DNA of 64,000 nt, taken from NCBI RefSeq assembly GCF_044704955.1, contig NC_091983.1, positions 100,440,001-100,504,000 of the forward strand, given 5' to 3'. The translations under genes were made by a program, and so were the position numbers. Below, piece by piece: positions 52,860-64,000 of the stretch. The notes under the pieces are model-generated. The model saw only the letters and a program-made list of their open reading frames with translations, had not been told where the DNA came from and made no database searches. Each line of letters opens with the position of its first letter. Position 1 is the stretch's first letter. The DNA comes from Pristiophorus japonicus (Eukaryota).

Positions 52860-55800
52860 GAATCATAGAATCATGGAAGTTTACAGCACAGAAGGCGGCC
52901 ATTTTGGCCCATCGTGTCCGTGCCGGCCAACAAGAGGCTATCCAGCCTAATCCCCCAATGTCCCAGGGGGAGTGTTTGCTAGTGCTGTTGGGGAGGAGTT
53001 AAACTAATATGGCAGGGGGATGGGAACCAATACAGGGAGACAGAGGGAAACAAAAAGGAGACAAAAGCAAAAGACAGAAAGGAGATGAGGAAAAGTGGAG
53101 GGCAGAGAAACCCAAGAAAAAGAACAAAAAGGGCCACTTTACAGCAAAATTCTAAAAGGACAAAGGGTGTTAAAAAAACAAGCCTGAAGGCTTTGTGTCT
53201 TAATGCAAGGAGTATCCGTAATAAGGTGGTTGAATTAACTGTGCAAATAGATATTAACAAATATGATGTGATTGGGATTACGGAGACGTGGCTCCAGGAT
53301 GATCAGAGCTGGGAACTCAACATCCAGGGGTATTCAACATTCAGGAAAGATAGAATAAAAGGAAAAGGAGGTGGGGTAGCATTGCTGGTTAAAGAGGAGA
53401 TTAATGCAATAGTTAGGAAAGACATTAGCTTGGATGATGTGGAATCTATATGGGTAGAGCTGCAGAACACCAAAGGGCAAAAAACGTTAGTGGGAGTTGT
53501 GTACAGACCTCCAAACAGTAGTAGTGATGTTGGGGAGGGCATCAAACAGGAAATTAGGGGTGCATGCAATAAAGGTGCAGCAGGTATAATGGGTGACTTT
53601 AATATGCACATAGATTGGGCTAGCCAAACTGGAAGCAATACGGTGGAGGAGGATTTCCTAGAATGCATAAGTGATGGTTTTCTAGACCAATATGTTGAGG
53701 AACCAACTAGGGGGGAGGCCCTCTTAGACTGGGTGTTGTGTAATGAGAGAGGATTAATTAGCAATCTTGTTGTGCGAGGCCTCTTGGGGAAGAGTGACCA
53801 TAATATGGTAGAATTCTGCATTAGGATGGAGAATGAAACAGTTAATTCAGAGACCATGGTCCAGAACTTAAAGAAGGCTAACTTTGAAGGTATGAGGCGT
53901 GAATTGTCTAGGATAGATTGGCGAATGATACTTAAGAAGGGGTTGACTGTGGATGGGCAATGGCAGACATTTAGAGACCGCATGGATAAACTACAACAAT
54001 TGTACATTCCTGTCTGGCGTAAAAATAAAAAAGGGAAGGTGGCTCAACCGTGGCTATCAAGGGAAATCAGGGATAGTATTAAATCCAAGGAAGTGGCATA
54101 CAAATTGGCCAGAAATAGCAGCGAACCCGGGGACTGGGAGAAATTTAGAACTCAGCAGAGGAGGACAAAGGGTTTGATTAGGGCAGGGAAAATGGAGTAC
54201 GAGAAGAAGCTTGCAGGGAACATTAAGACGGATTGCAAAAGTTTCAATAGATATGTAAAGAGAAAAAGGTTAGTAAAGACAAACATAAGTCCCCTGCAGT
54301 CAGAATCAGGGGAAGTCATAACAGGGAACAAAGAAATGGCAGAACAATTGAACAAGTACTTTGGTTCGGTATTCACTAAGGAGGACACAAACAACCTTCC
54401 GGATATAAAAGGGGTCAGAGGGTCTAGTAAGGAGGAGGAACTGAGGGAAATCCTTATTAGTCAGAAAATTGTGTTGGGGAAATTGATGGGATTGAAGGCT
54501 GATAAATCCCCAGGGCCTGATGGACTGCATCCCAGAGTACTTAAGGAGGTGGCCTTGGAAATAGCGGATGCATTGACAGTCATTTTCCAACATTCCATTG
54601 ACTCTGGATCAGTTCCTATTGAGTGGAGGGTAGCCAATGTAAACCCACTTTTTAAAAAAGGAGGGAGAGAGAAAACAGGGAATTATAGACCGGTCAGCCT
54701 GACCTCAGTAGTGGGTAAAATGATGGAATCAGTTATTAAGGATGTCATAGCAGCCCATTTGGAAAGAGGTAACATGATAGGTCCAAGTCAGCATGGATTT
54801 GTGAAAGGGAAATCATGCTTGACAAATCTTCTGGAATTTTTTGAGGATGTTTCCAGTAGAGTGGACAAGGGAGAACCAGTTGATGTGGTATATTTGGACT
54901 TTCAGAAGGCTTTCGACAAGGTCCCACACAGAGTTTAATGTGCAAAGTTAAAGCACATGGGATTGGGGGTAGTGTGCTGACATGGATTGAGAACTGGTTG
55001 TCAGACAGGAAGCAAAGAGTAGGAGTAAATGGGGACTTTTCAGAATGGCAGGCAATGACTACTGGGGTACCGCAAGGTTCTGTGCTGGGGCCCCAGCTGT
55101 TTACATTGTACATTAATGATTTAGACGAGGGGATTAAATGTAGTATCTCCAAATTTGCAGATGACACTAAGTTGGGTGGCAGTGTGAGCTGCGAGGAGGA
55201 TGCTATGAGGCTGCAGAGCGACTTGGATAGGTTAGGTGAGTGGGCAAATGCATGGCAGATGAAGTATAGTGTGGATAAATGTGAGGTTATCCACTTTGGT
55301 GGTAAAAACAGAGACAGATTATTATCTGAATGGTGACAGATTAGGAAAAGGGGAGGTGCAACGAGACCTAGGTGTCATGGTACATCAGTCATTGAAGGTT
55401 GGCATGCAGGTACAGCAGGCGGTTAAGAAAGCAAATGGCATGTTGGCCTTCATAGCGAGGGGATTTGAGTACAGGGACAGGGAGGTGTTGCTACAGTTGT
55501 ACAGGTCCTTGGTGAGGCCACACCTGGAGTATTGTGTACAGTTTTGGTCTCCTAACTTGAGGAAGGACATTCTTGCTATTGAGGGAGTGCAGCGAAGGTT
55601 CACCACACTGATTCCCGGGATGGTGGGACTGACCTATCAAGAAAGACTGGATCAACTGGGCTTGTATTCACTGGAGTTCAGAAGAATGATTGGGCACCTC
55701 ATAGAAATGTTTAAAATTCTGACGGGTTTAGACAGGTTAGATGCAGGAAGCATGTTCCCAATGTTGGGGAAGTCCAAAACCAGGGGTCACAGTCTAAGGA

Positions 55801-56515
55801 TAAGGGGTAAGCCATTTAGGACCGAGATGAGGAGAAACTTCTTCACCCAGAGAGTGGTGAACCTGTGGAATTCTCTACCACAGGAAGTTGTTGAGGCCAA
55901 TTCACTAAATATATTAAAAAGGGAGTTAGATGAAGTCCTTACTACTAGGTGGATCAAGGGGTATGGCGAGAAAGCAGGAAGGGGGTACTGAAGTTGCATG
56001 TTCAGCCATGACCTCATTGAATGGCGGTGCAGGCTAGAAGGGCCGAATGGCCTACTCCTGCACCTATTTTCTATGTTTCTATCCCACTTTCCAGCTCTTT
56101 GGTCTGTAGCCCTGCAGGTTACGGCACTTCAGGTGCACATCCAAGTACTTTTTAAATGTGGTGAGGGTTCCTGCCTCTCCCATCCTTTCAGGCAGCGAGT
56201 TCCAGACTCCCACATGAAGATATTTCCTCAAATCCCCTCTAAACCTTCTACCAATTACTTTAAATTGATGCCCCCTGGTTGTTGACCCCTCTAAGGGAAA
56301 TGGTCCTTTTCTATCCACTATATCCTGGCCTCTCATAATTGTATACACCTCAATGAGGTCTCCCCTCAGCCTCCTCTGCTCCAAGGAAAACAAACCCAGC
56401 CTATCCAATCTGTCCTAATAGCTAAGATTCTCCACTCCTGGCAACATCCTCGTAAATCTCCTCTGTCCCCTCTCCAGTGCATCACGTCCTTCCTGTAATG
56501 CGGTGAACAGAACTG
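52860..56515 (-). mobile_element. CR1 3' fragment with a (TTCTATGA)n-type tail, split by an antisense CR1
   Basis: Tail gaatcatagaatcat at 52860; RT C-terminus LGLFSLEQRRLRGDLIEVY at 56079-56408. Confidence 0.85.
52955..56080 (+). mobile_element. CR1 LINE, the best-preserved copy; ORF1 end plus ORF2 with two frameshifts
   Basis: 617-aa APE-RT ORF 53085..54938 continued by 54938..55336 and 55269..55991; flanked by the ATCCC duplication. Confidence 0.96.
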
Positions 56516-58070
56516 TGTCGCAGGCGATCGCGAATGTAGCCTCTTCCACGGAAAGGGTGGCCACCTGCATGGAGCAACCGATGTGCCACTCACATGAGCA
56601 TATGCTATCTATGGGGAATAGATGGCAGAGGCTCATTGGCCTTCTCTCTCAAAGGGATGTCAGCATAGACGTGAGTCCTCATGGCCCCACTGATGTGCAG
56701 CAAGGTACTCTCCTGCTCCTTGCCAGCAGGGAAGTACGGGTGGCCCATGAGATGGGTGATGGTGAGCGGGGACATGGAAGTGTGGGCTCCTCTCAAGACG
56801 ATTATAATAATTCTCCCTCATTGCCACCCCCTCAGTCAGTGCCCCAGATGCCTCCTTGGACAGCGATGGCCGAGTTTGCCCCTGCACAGTCGCAGATGCA
56901 GACTTTCGCGGGGCCATCAGGAGGCTCCAAAACCCATAGGACATCTGCTGAGAGTGTCTAAGCAGTCGCAGCAGGGAAGTGAGCAGGCTTCCTTTATCGC
57001 CGCTGAAGCCACAGGGGTAGAAACTCGTGGAAGAACACGTAAGAGAAAGATGACACACAAGTTGATTCACAAGGGTAGTCACTTAGGTGTTTTATTTAAT
57101 ATTAATGTCAAGTTTCCATTAATGTGATCTCAACCATAAAAATCTTTATTTCCACCACTTTCCGGTCTTGGAGAAATGTGTGTGCACCTTTGGAAGTGGC
57201 TTAGTGAGTTGCAGTGAATGGTGAATCATAACGGTACCTCCACTAACGGTGAATGGCTTGGTCATTGTGGGAATGGTTTGTTATTGCTGTGGGGTGGTGC
57301 CAACTGGGCGCAGCATGTGGCAGCCATATGGGTATACAGCATAAAGTTAAGTAAATCTGACTATGATGAGGACATCCCTGGTCTCCTGGACAGCAATGTG
57401 CTCGGGTGCTGATGCCCTGTCGAGTGATGCATCAGGTGGTTGTAGAGAAGATTGGTGTTATTGTTGGTGCTGCTGGTGTTGGGGTTCATCGTGGTCAGAT
57501 ACTGAGCACCAAGGTGAGATAGTATAAACGGCACCCATGCTGATGGAATAGATGGTAGGTCAAGTGGAGTTGACCGAAGCAATCTGTCAAAGGTGAGAGG
57601 GGTTCTACCAATGAGATGACACTGGATACTTTGCTGAAAACACTTCGAGCCTGCCGAAAGTTAAATCTGTGCTGGCAATGTAGTCAGCAACAGCTTCTGT
57701 CCAAGGAAAGTGATCAGCTATGCGGTTGGAGCTTTTATAGAACATTTGATGCTGTCAAGTAATCAGCTGGATAAATGGGCACTCAACATCCGCCTCAGGT
57801 TGACAGATGTGGTTCTCGAGCTGCGCTATGCAGCGAAATTTGAAAGGTATGAGGAAAAGGGCACTTACATGTCTTGACAACAAGCTAATAATGATTTCAA
57901 CTACGTCGCCTACCTCTGCCGGTCAGGTCGCTGCTGCACCGGCAAACACGCCTGAATGAAAGGCAGGTGGGGGTGGGATGACAGCGGGTTCCCAATCCAC
58001 TCCGACTTTTTCACATTTCATACCTGACCCGCCTCTGATCGTGCCCGCATGGACCCCAGAAAATTCCGGC
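56516..58070 (+). mobile_element. Harbinger-related remnant with right terminus
   Basis: Shares about 400 bp with 48340-48760; ends GAAAATTCCGGCC, a TIR-like end similar to the MITEs in this window. Confidence 0.5.
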
Positions 58071-58865
58071 CTATTTTCCCTTTTTGAGAAGTCAGTGAGT
58101 GGGGTTAAAAGTTCAAATTGCCACGAAGAGAATGACGTGAGTGGTTAGGAGAAATCTCTTTCAGTGCATAATTACATAGAATGGAATTGCCTACTTTTAG
58201 GCAGAAACCCTTGCATCTTTTAAGGGGTATTGGGAACCGAGGAAGATAGAAGGCTTTGTGGAAAGACCAGAGCAGTGGAATTAGTTTTGAATTGCTTGAC
58301 AAAGAATCGACAGACATGATAGGCTGAATCGCTTCTGTAGTGTATGGTCCTATAATAAACCATTGCAATAGATATATATAGCATTTTTATTGTGAAAACA
58401 GTTAATTGAGACATAGATAATACAAATATTTTTATAAAGTATTTTCTCCAGCCATCAGTGGCATCATTATCTATCTTAATTACCACTGATGGGTTTTACT
58501 GGACCAGGACGATTTTTCAAGTGTGGCAATTTCATCTATCCTGACGAAGAGGCCTCAGTATTGATTTTACTCAGTGAGTGTGTGTGATGTTGTTTAACTA
58601 ATTCGGGCATTTAAGATGCTTTCCCTGTTTTTATTCAAGTCCCTTGTAGCCAATCAATATGGTTACTGTAATGACAAAACCAGAGCGTTCAGAATTCCTG
58701 GAATATCACACCATACCTGGTATTTTGAGCAGATTGGGTTGCAATAGTTGCTCAGCATTAACAGTGTCTGAAGCTTCTGTGGACACAATTAAGCGATAGA
58801 ACCACCAACAATGAAAAACGAGGGCATCCAGAACCATGAATTTGTAACGACACAACCCAATTAGA

Positions 58866-59675
58866 TTAGTCATTCACCTTCTCAGCTTTCTTATCTACAA
58901 CACTCACACATTTGTTGCCCTTTATGTAAAATCTCAGAGGTTTGCTGACCCACTCCCCTGCATAACCTATGCCAATGCGGCTGGTGGCGACAATATCTGC
59001 CCCCTGAATGATTTCGGGGCCAGGTTCCATCCAGAGCTCGGTGCCTGTAGCCAAGTCCCCCCGGTCAAACGCCTTGGTGATATTAAACGCCTGGCACAGC
59101 TTCGAGGGCCCATTGCACAGCTCGTGGTCTCTGAGCGGCTTGCCACTTGCTTTCCTCCGCTTGCTGCGAAGTTGCCTCATTGCATCGAGTCCTTGCAGAG
59201 GCTCCAGCGATCGCAACAACACGGCCGCACCGTCGCCCTGACTGGACACGTTCAAACAGAAATACAGCCCGTAGATCTGATAAACATACATGGTGCCGGG
59301 ATTCATGAACATCGCGACATTCCTGACGGTCTGCCTGCCCCCGCGGGAATGGGACGCTTGGTCCTCACCGCCCAGGTAGGCTTCAGTCTCCACGATTCGG
59401 CCCTTCAGCTCACTGCCATCTGCAAAGCTGCGGACCAGCACCTGGCCCAGAAACTCTTTGGCCAAAGTCACACAAGGCCGATTGAAGAAGCCCGAGGTCA
59501 GGCTGCCGTGAGCCGCTGTGCCAGGGCTGAAATACACACTGCTGACCCGATCCCGGGGCTCCTGCTCCGCTCCCGGCTCCCGCTGCTGCCGGGGCTCCCG
59601 CTCCGCACACAGCCCGCTCGCCCCGGTGCTCCCCTGGGGCGGAGCGGCCAGCAGTTTTCTTTTCTTCGGTCCCAT
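58866..59675 (-). CDS. MPG: DNA-3-methyladenine glycosylase (MPG/AAG), 269 aa, uninterrupted ORF
   Basis: GRIVETEAYLG (catalytic Glu), SHSRGG, YVYQIYGLYFCLNVSS (intercalating Tyr, Asn), VLLRSLEP, GPSKLCQA, RIGI, PLRFY; NLS-like PKKRK at the N-terminus; AATAAA on the minus strand at 58630-58635 and 58386-58391. Confidence 0.96.
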   Translation of the reverse strand: MGPKKRKLLAAPPQGSTGASGLCAEREPRQQREPGAEQEPRDRVSSVYFSPGTAAHGSLTSGFFNRPCVTLAKEFLGQVLVRSFADGSELKGRIVETEAYLGGEDQASHSRGGRQTVRNVAMFMNPGTMYVYQIYGLYFCLNVSSQGDGAAVLLRSLEPLQGLDAMRQLRSKRRKASGKPLRDHELCNGPSKLCQAFNITKAFDRGDLATGTELWMEPGPEIIQGADIVATSRIGIGYAGEWVSKPLRFYIKGNKCVSVVDKKAEKVND

Positions 59676-59835
59676 TTAAACAGGGCTCGCTGCGGCCTCG
59701 AGTCCCGCAGAGTTAGCCAGAGCTGGGATTGGCATCGCTCGGCCCTCTGACCAAGGCATCAGCTGCCGTCGCACTCACACTTCCCTTCGGCTTAACCACC
59801 ACCACAGCGAAGCAGCATGGGAACAGGAAGTAGCA
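59500..59835 (-). promoter_or_regulatory. CpG-rich 5' end and probable promoter of MPG
   Basis: Local CpG enrichment in non-repeat DNA, CCAAT on the minus strand at about 59728-59732, ETS-like CAGGAAGT at about 59824. Confidence 0.5.
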
Positions 59836-59864
59836 ATTGCTTAAAGGAGCAGGATTGTCTTGTA

Positions 59865-59980
59865 CTTCCCAGCCCCAACTCCTTACCTACCAGGGCTTCC
59901 CATTCCAAACTCCTTCCCTTCCAGGGCTTCCCAGTCCCAACTCCTTACCTTCCAGGGCTTCCCAATCCCAACTCTTTACC
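59865..59980. repeat. 31-bp tandem repeat CTTCCCAGTCCCAACTCCTTACCTTCCAGGG, about 3.7 copies
   Basis: Directly visible, about 190 bp upstream of the MPG ATG. Confidence 0.9.
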
Positions 59981-61314
59981 ACACATAACAACATTATGAT
60001 TTAATTGGGAAGGTTCCCTTTGTTTTTCTTGGGACTTGTTTTGCTTATGTTAACCTTTAAGTTTGATTGGACCATATGATTGTCACATTAGTGGTGCCCT
60101 TAAAAGGGGCACTTGTATTGGTTTTGTTAGGTGACACTCGTGACAATGTCACTCCAGTGGTCCCTCAAAATCGGCTTAACTCCATACCTATAAATGCTCC
60201 CCAGTCCCAACTCGTTACAGATCAGTGCTTCCAAGCCCTGAATGCTTCCCTGCCCCTCATAGAGTGCTCCCTGTCTCTCAAGTGCTCATGCTTTCCAGCT
60301 CGAGTGCTTCCCCACCTGTCAATTTTAAATTCATCTGGCCCCTACTGCTTTCTCAACCACATGACTGTTTCCCACCCTGAGGTTCTTTCAGACCAGCTGG
60401 CCCACTCACCTCAAGTAGTTCCTGGAACTGAGTACTTCCACATCTGAGTGCTCCAAGTGTTTCCCAGCTCTCAACGTTTCATGTTGCCTGGAACATAAAT
60501 ATCAGCTTAAATGGGAGAAAAATAAAATGTACATTTTATGGCCATTGAGAATTGATTATTATCACTACAAAGAATTCAATGCAGAACATGCATTTCATGA
60601 ATATCTTTGTATTAATTTAAATGTTGTAAATTTGAATATGTTTTTCAATGTTACAAGGTCCATACAACTACGAGCAGTGGCGCCACATAACAGATTTGAT
60701 TTATAAGTTACTCTCCTTTTTGTTTACTGTTTATGTTTCGGTGTTTTACAGGACCTGATCAGTATCTTTTCCACAGCCAAATCATTGGCTTTTTCACAGA
60801 ACAGAAACCAGACTCCTGTCTGGGAAAGTTACTTTGCAATTATGGTTTAAAGTGCAAATGCCTTTATAAAGTTTTGATAACATTTGCAACATCAAATTTT
60901 TTTTTTAATACAATGATTAATTGCAATGAAAATGATACAAAGCATTACATGGGTAATTGTGCCAGAATGTGACCCGTTTACATGGGGGGATGATATAATG
61001 TTCCTTTTACAAACAGAATATTTTTTAATTGACAGTGGCCATCATTATGGGACATTGGATAGTTTTTGATTAAAGCATCTGTTTAATTTTACTCAGTAAA
61101 TGTTTTTTGTATGCTGATATTTCTGACACCTGATTTCATGTAATTTGTGCCCTTCTATTGACAAATGTGATATTTTGTTGCCGTACTGTTTTAATTCTAT
61201 GAACTCAATCTGTTTATGAAGACTCAGTTTTTCATGGTGATATCTGACCTTAACCCCCATGCCACTTCCTTGCTTGGAAGCGTTAGCAAAAGGAAACATT
61301 GCACTGATGTACCT

Positions 61315-64000
61315 TTAAGGGGAGGAAAACCGATACCCGAACTGAATTGTAGAGCTTATCAGTATTAGGAGGTTCTGAGGAATCGGGAGTTCCTGTCTTT
61401 ATAGCGATTGTAATTGTATGCAAAACACGCTTATGTATGTAAAGCATACTTATACACTTGCTTGAATGGGTTTTAAGAAGGGGAAGCAGCAAAGCTTGTT
61501 ATGTTACAAAGCTTGATGGTTAATGAACCATCATAAATGGATAGAGAACTGGTTGGCAGACAGGAAGCAGAGAATGGCAGGCAGTGACTAGTAGAGTGCC
61601 GCAGAACTCAGTGCTGGGACCCCAGCTCTTTACAATATACATTAACGATTTAGATGAAGGAATTGAGTGTAATTTCTCTAACTTTGATTATGATACTAAA
61701 CTGGGTGACGGTGCGAGCTGTGAGGAGGACGCTAAGAGGCTGCAGAATGACTTGGACAGGTTAGGTGAGTGGGCAAATGCATGGCAGATGCAGTATAATG
61801 TGGCTAAATGTGAGGTTATCCACTTTGGGGGCAAAAACACAAAGGCAGAATATTATCTGGATGGCGGCAGATTAGGAAAAGGGGAGGTGCAACGAGACCT
61901 GGGTGTCATGGTTCATCAGTCACTGAAAGTGGGCATGCAGGTACAGCAGGCGGTGAAGAAGGCAAATGGTATGTTGGCCTTCATAGCTAGGGAATTTGAG
62001 TATAGGAGCAGGGAGGTTTTACTGCAGTTGTACAGGGCCTTAGTGAGGCCTCACCTGGAATATTGTGTACAGTTTTGGTCTCCTAATCTGAGGAAGGACA
62101 TTCTTGCTATTGAAGGAGTGCAGCGAAGGTTCACCAGACTGATTCCAGGAATGGCTAGACTGTCATATGAGGAGAGACTGAATCAACTGGGCCTTTATTC
62201 ACTGGAGTTTAGAAGGATGAGAGGGGATCTCATAGAAACATCTAAGATTCTGATGGGACTGGACAGGTTGGATGCGGGAAGAATGTTCCCAATGTTGGGG
62301 AAGTCCAGAACCAGGGGACATAGTCTTAGGATAAGGGGTAGGCCATTTAAGACTGAGATGAGGAGAAACTTCTTCACTCAGAGAGTTGTTAACCTATGGA
62401 ATTCCCTGCTACAGAGAGTTGTTGATGCCAGTTCTTTGGATATATTCAAGAGGGAGTTAGATATGGCCCTTACGGCTAAGGGGATCAAGGGGTCTGGAGA
62501 GAAAGCAGGAAAGGGATACTGAGGGAATGATCAGCCATGATCTTATTGAATGGCGGTGCAGGCTCGAAGGGCCAAATGACCTACTCCTGCACCTATTTTC
62601 TATGTTTCTATGTTTCTAAGTAGCCAAAAATGCATTGACACTTAGCACAAACTGATAGAAGATGAAAACATACACTCAGTACTGAATAACAAGGGCAGTG
62701 GAGAGTCACAGCCTAGAAAGATAGCATACTCTTGGAAGCAAGGTCAATTCACACGTCATGAGGAACTGAGACAAAGTTGACACCATGGGAGATGGACAGA
62801 TGGGGGAGAACCACTCAGAGCCAGTCTGAGCAGTAGGCCAATCAGTGGTTTTGTAGGAAGGTCGCACCCCTCGAAAAACTGTATAATTGTAATTGTAAAA
62901 CCTCTGATCGGGGAAGTGTCCATCGGAACCTTCCTGAGCATGTTCGAATAACCGGTTAACCGAGGTTTCATCTGAGTGATTCCGTGGTCGCTGTACAATA
63001 CGGGCAGGTGTCGATTCCTTATATCAGGGAGTCCACCTTGAGGAAGAAAAGTCTTCCTTTTACCCCAACAATTGGTGCTGCGAGCAGGGTGCAGACAGTC
63101 CGACCCGGATGATGTGGCAGCTAGCAATGGCAGTGAGTATGTTTACCACCTGCAGAGCTGCAGCATTGACGGGGAAGGAGGTAATCTGTATAAAGAACTA
63201 GAAGGGGATAATCTGTATAACTAAGTTATAGCGAACTTCGGAAGGACGAAAACCAAGGTAGGGGATAGGTGTATGTCCTGAAGCGTGACGAGTGACACGG
63301 TAATAACAGGGAGAAGCCTGTATTAATTGTGCATGGCGCAAACAAGAAGGAATACAATCTAAAGGGGGGGTGGGGGGTGGGACCCCAGGATGTTTAGGAG
63401 AAACTGGCCAGTAGGATGAAATGAAGACCAAGGGGGATCTCTGAGATATGGACCAAAAGGGTCCCAGGTATAAATGCTAGCAGGAAAGAATGTGAAAATA
63501 ATAAAAACTTACGAGTTCAAACCGACAGAAGCTGCAGCTTTTGTGCCGAGAAAGAGACAACAAAAGGTGTTTAATGATGGACTGGAGGAAGGCCATCAAA
63601 ATATTATTAAGTTAGGATTCAAAAGGGGGGGAGACGATGAATTTGTATGTTTGTTCTAGATTAAAATTACTACCTTGAAGCTAGATTACTGAAAGAAGAA
63701 ACCATTGAATGTTTAATGGAGAAAAAAAAGATTTTGCAATTGTCTTATTAGTTTAAATTAACAATGGAAAAAGATGTAACTTACTGGATGCTATTTGATA
63801 TTGGCTGTGAAAAAGATATTGGTTTAATTGGAGGGTAATTAACCAATGAAAACTGGACTTTCCTTGTGGCCACAGTGAAATTCCGATTTTGTTTCAAAGT
63901 GTAAATATTGGCAAAGAAATAAAAGACACTTTATATGATAAAAGTTGCCGTTTTGGATGTTTGGAAAATGCTATTTTAAATTAGGAGACAGTTTTACTTC
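61315..64000 (+). mobile_element. Probable ERV-like element: 5' LTR ending at 63070 (start uncertain, split by CR1), PBS and decayed leader/gag region
   Basis: CCAAT (about 62838) and TATAA (about 62882); LTR end ...CCCCAACA followed by AT and TGGTGCTGCGAGCAGGGT (63073-63090), 16 of 18 matching the recalled tRNA-Ser(TGA) PBS; donor-like GTGAGT at about 63134. No convincing ORF. Confidence 0.6.
61538..62618 (+). mobile_element. CR1 3' fragment
   Basis: 312-aa RT C-terminal ORF 61584..62522, then 3' UTR and (TTTCTATG)n tail. Confidence 0.95.

Noticed and set aside
58541-58560. Hammerhead core CTGACGA downstream of MPG
   Set aside because: No GAAA or helix III follows the short stem.
59124-59750. 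208-aa ORF antisense to MPG, and similar antisense ORFs over TEs such as 53303..54007
   Set aside because: Shadows of sense-strand coding sequence with no recognisable domain.

Overview
Repeat-dense vertebrate genomic DNA, most likely from a cartilaginous fish (shark-type CR1, L2 and RTE LINEs, Deu-type SINEs, Mag-like Gypsy elements and Harbinger elements). Most of the window is decayed, heavily nested transposable elements: many CR1 copies, one near full-length RTE, four Gypsy copies (one complete with both LTRs and a TSD), a solo LTR, Harbinger remnants and MITEs, a Penelope-type palindromic relic, and the 5' end of a probable ERV. The only intact host gene is an intronless MPG (DNA-3-methyladenine glycosylase, 58866-59675, minus strand), probably a retrogene. 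There is also a frameshifted KCTD8/12/16-type BTB pseudogene fragment that the ORF track misses. The most interesting signals are the intronless MPG with no NPRL3/RHBDF1 exons nearby, a conserved slippery-heptamer + stop + G-run cassette at the CR1 ORF1/ORF2 junction in three copies, CTCF-like motifs in all four Gypsy LTR types, and a 2.2-kb 16-bp G-rich minisatellite with higher-order structure. Everything was read by eye. TE boundaries without a TSD are approximate, and family names come from recalled motifs, not database searches.
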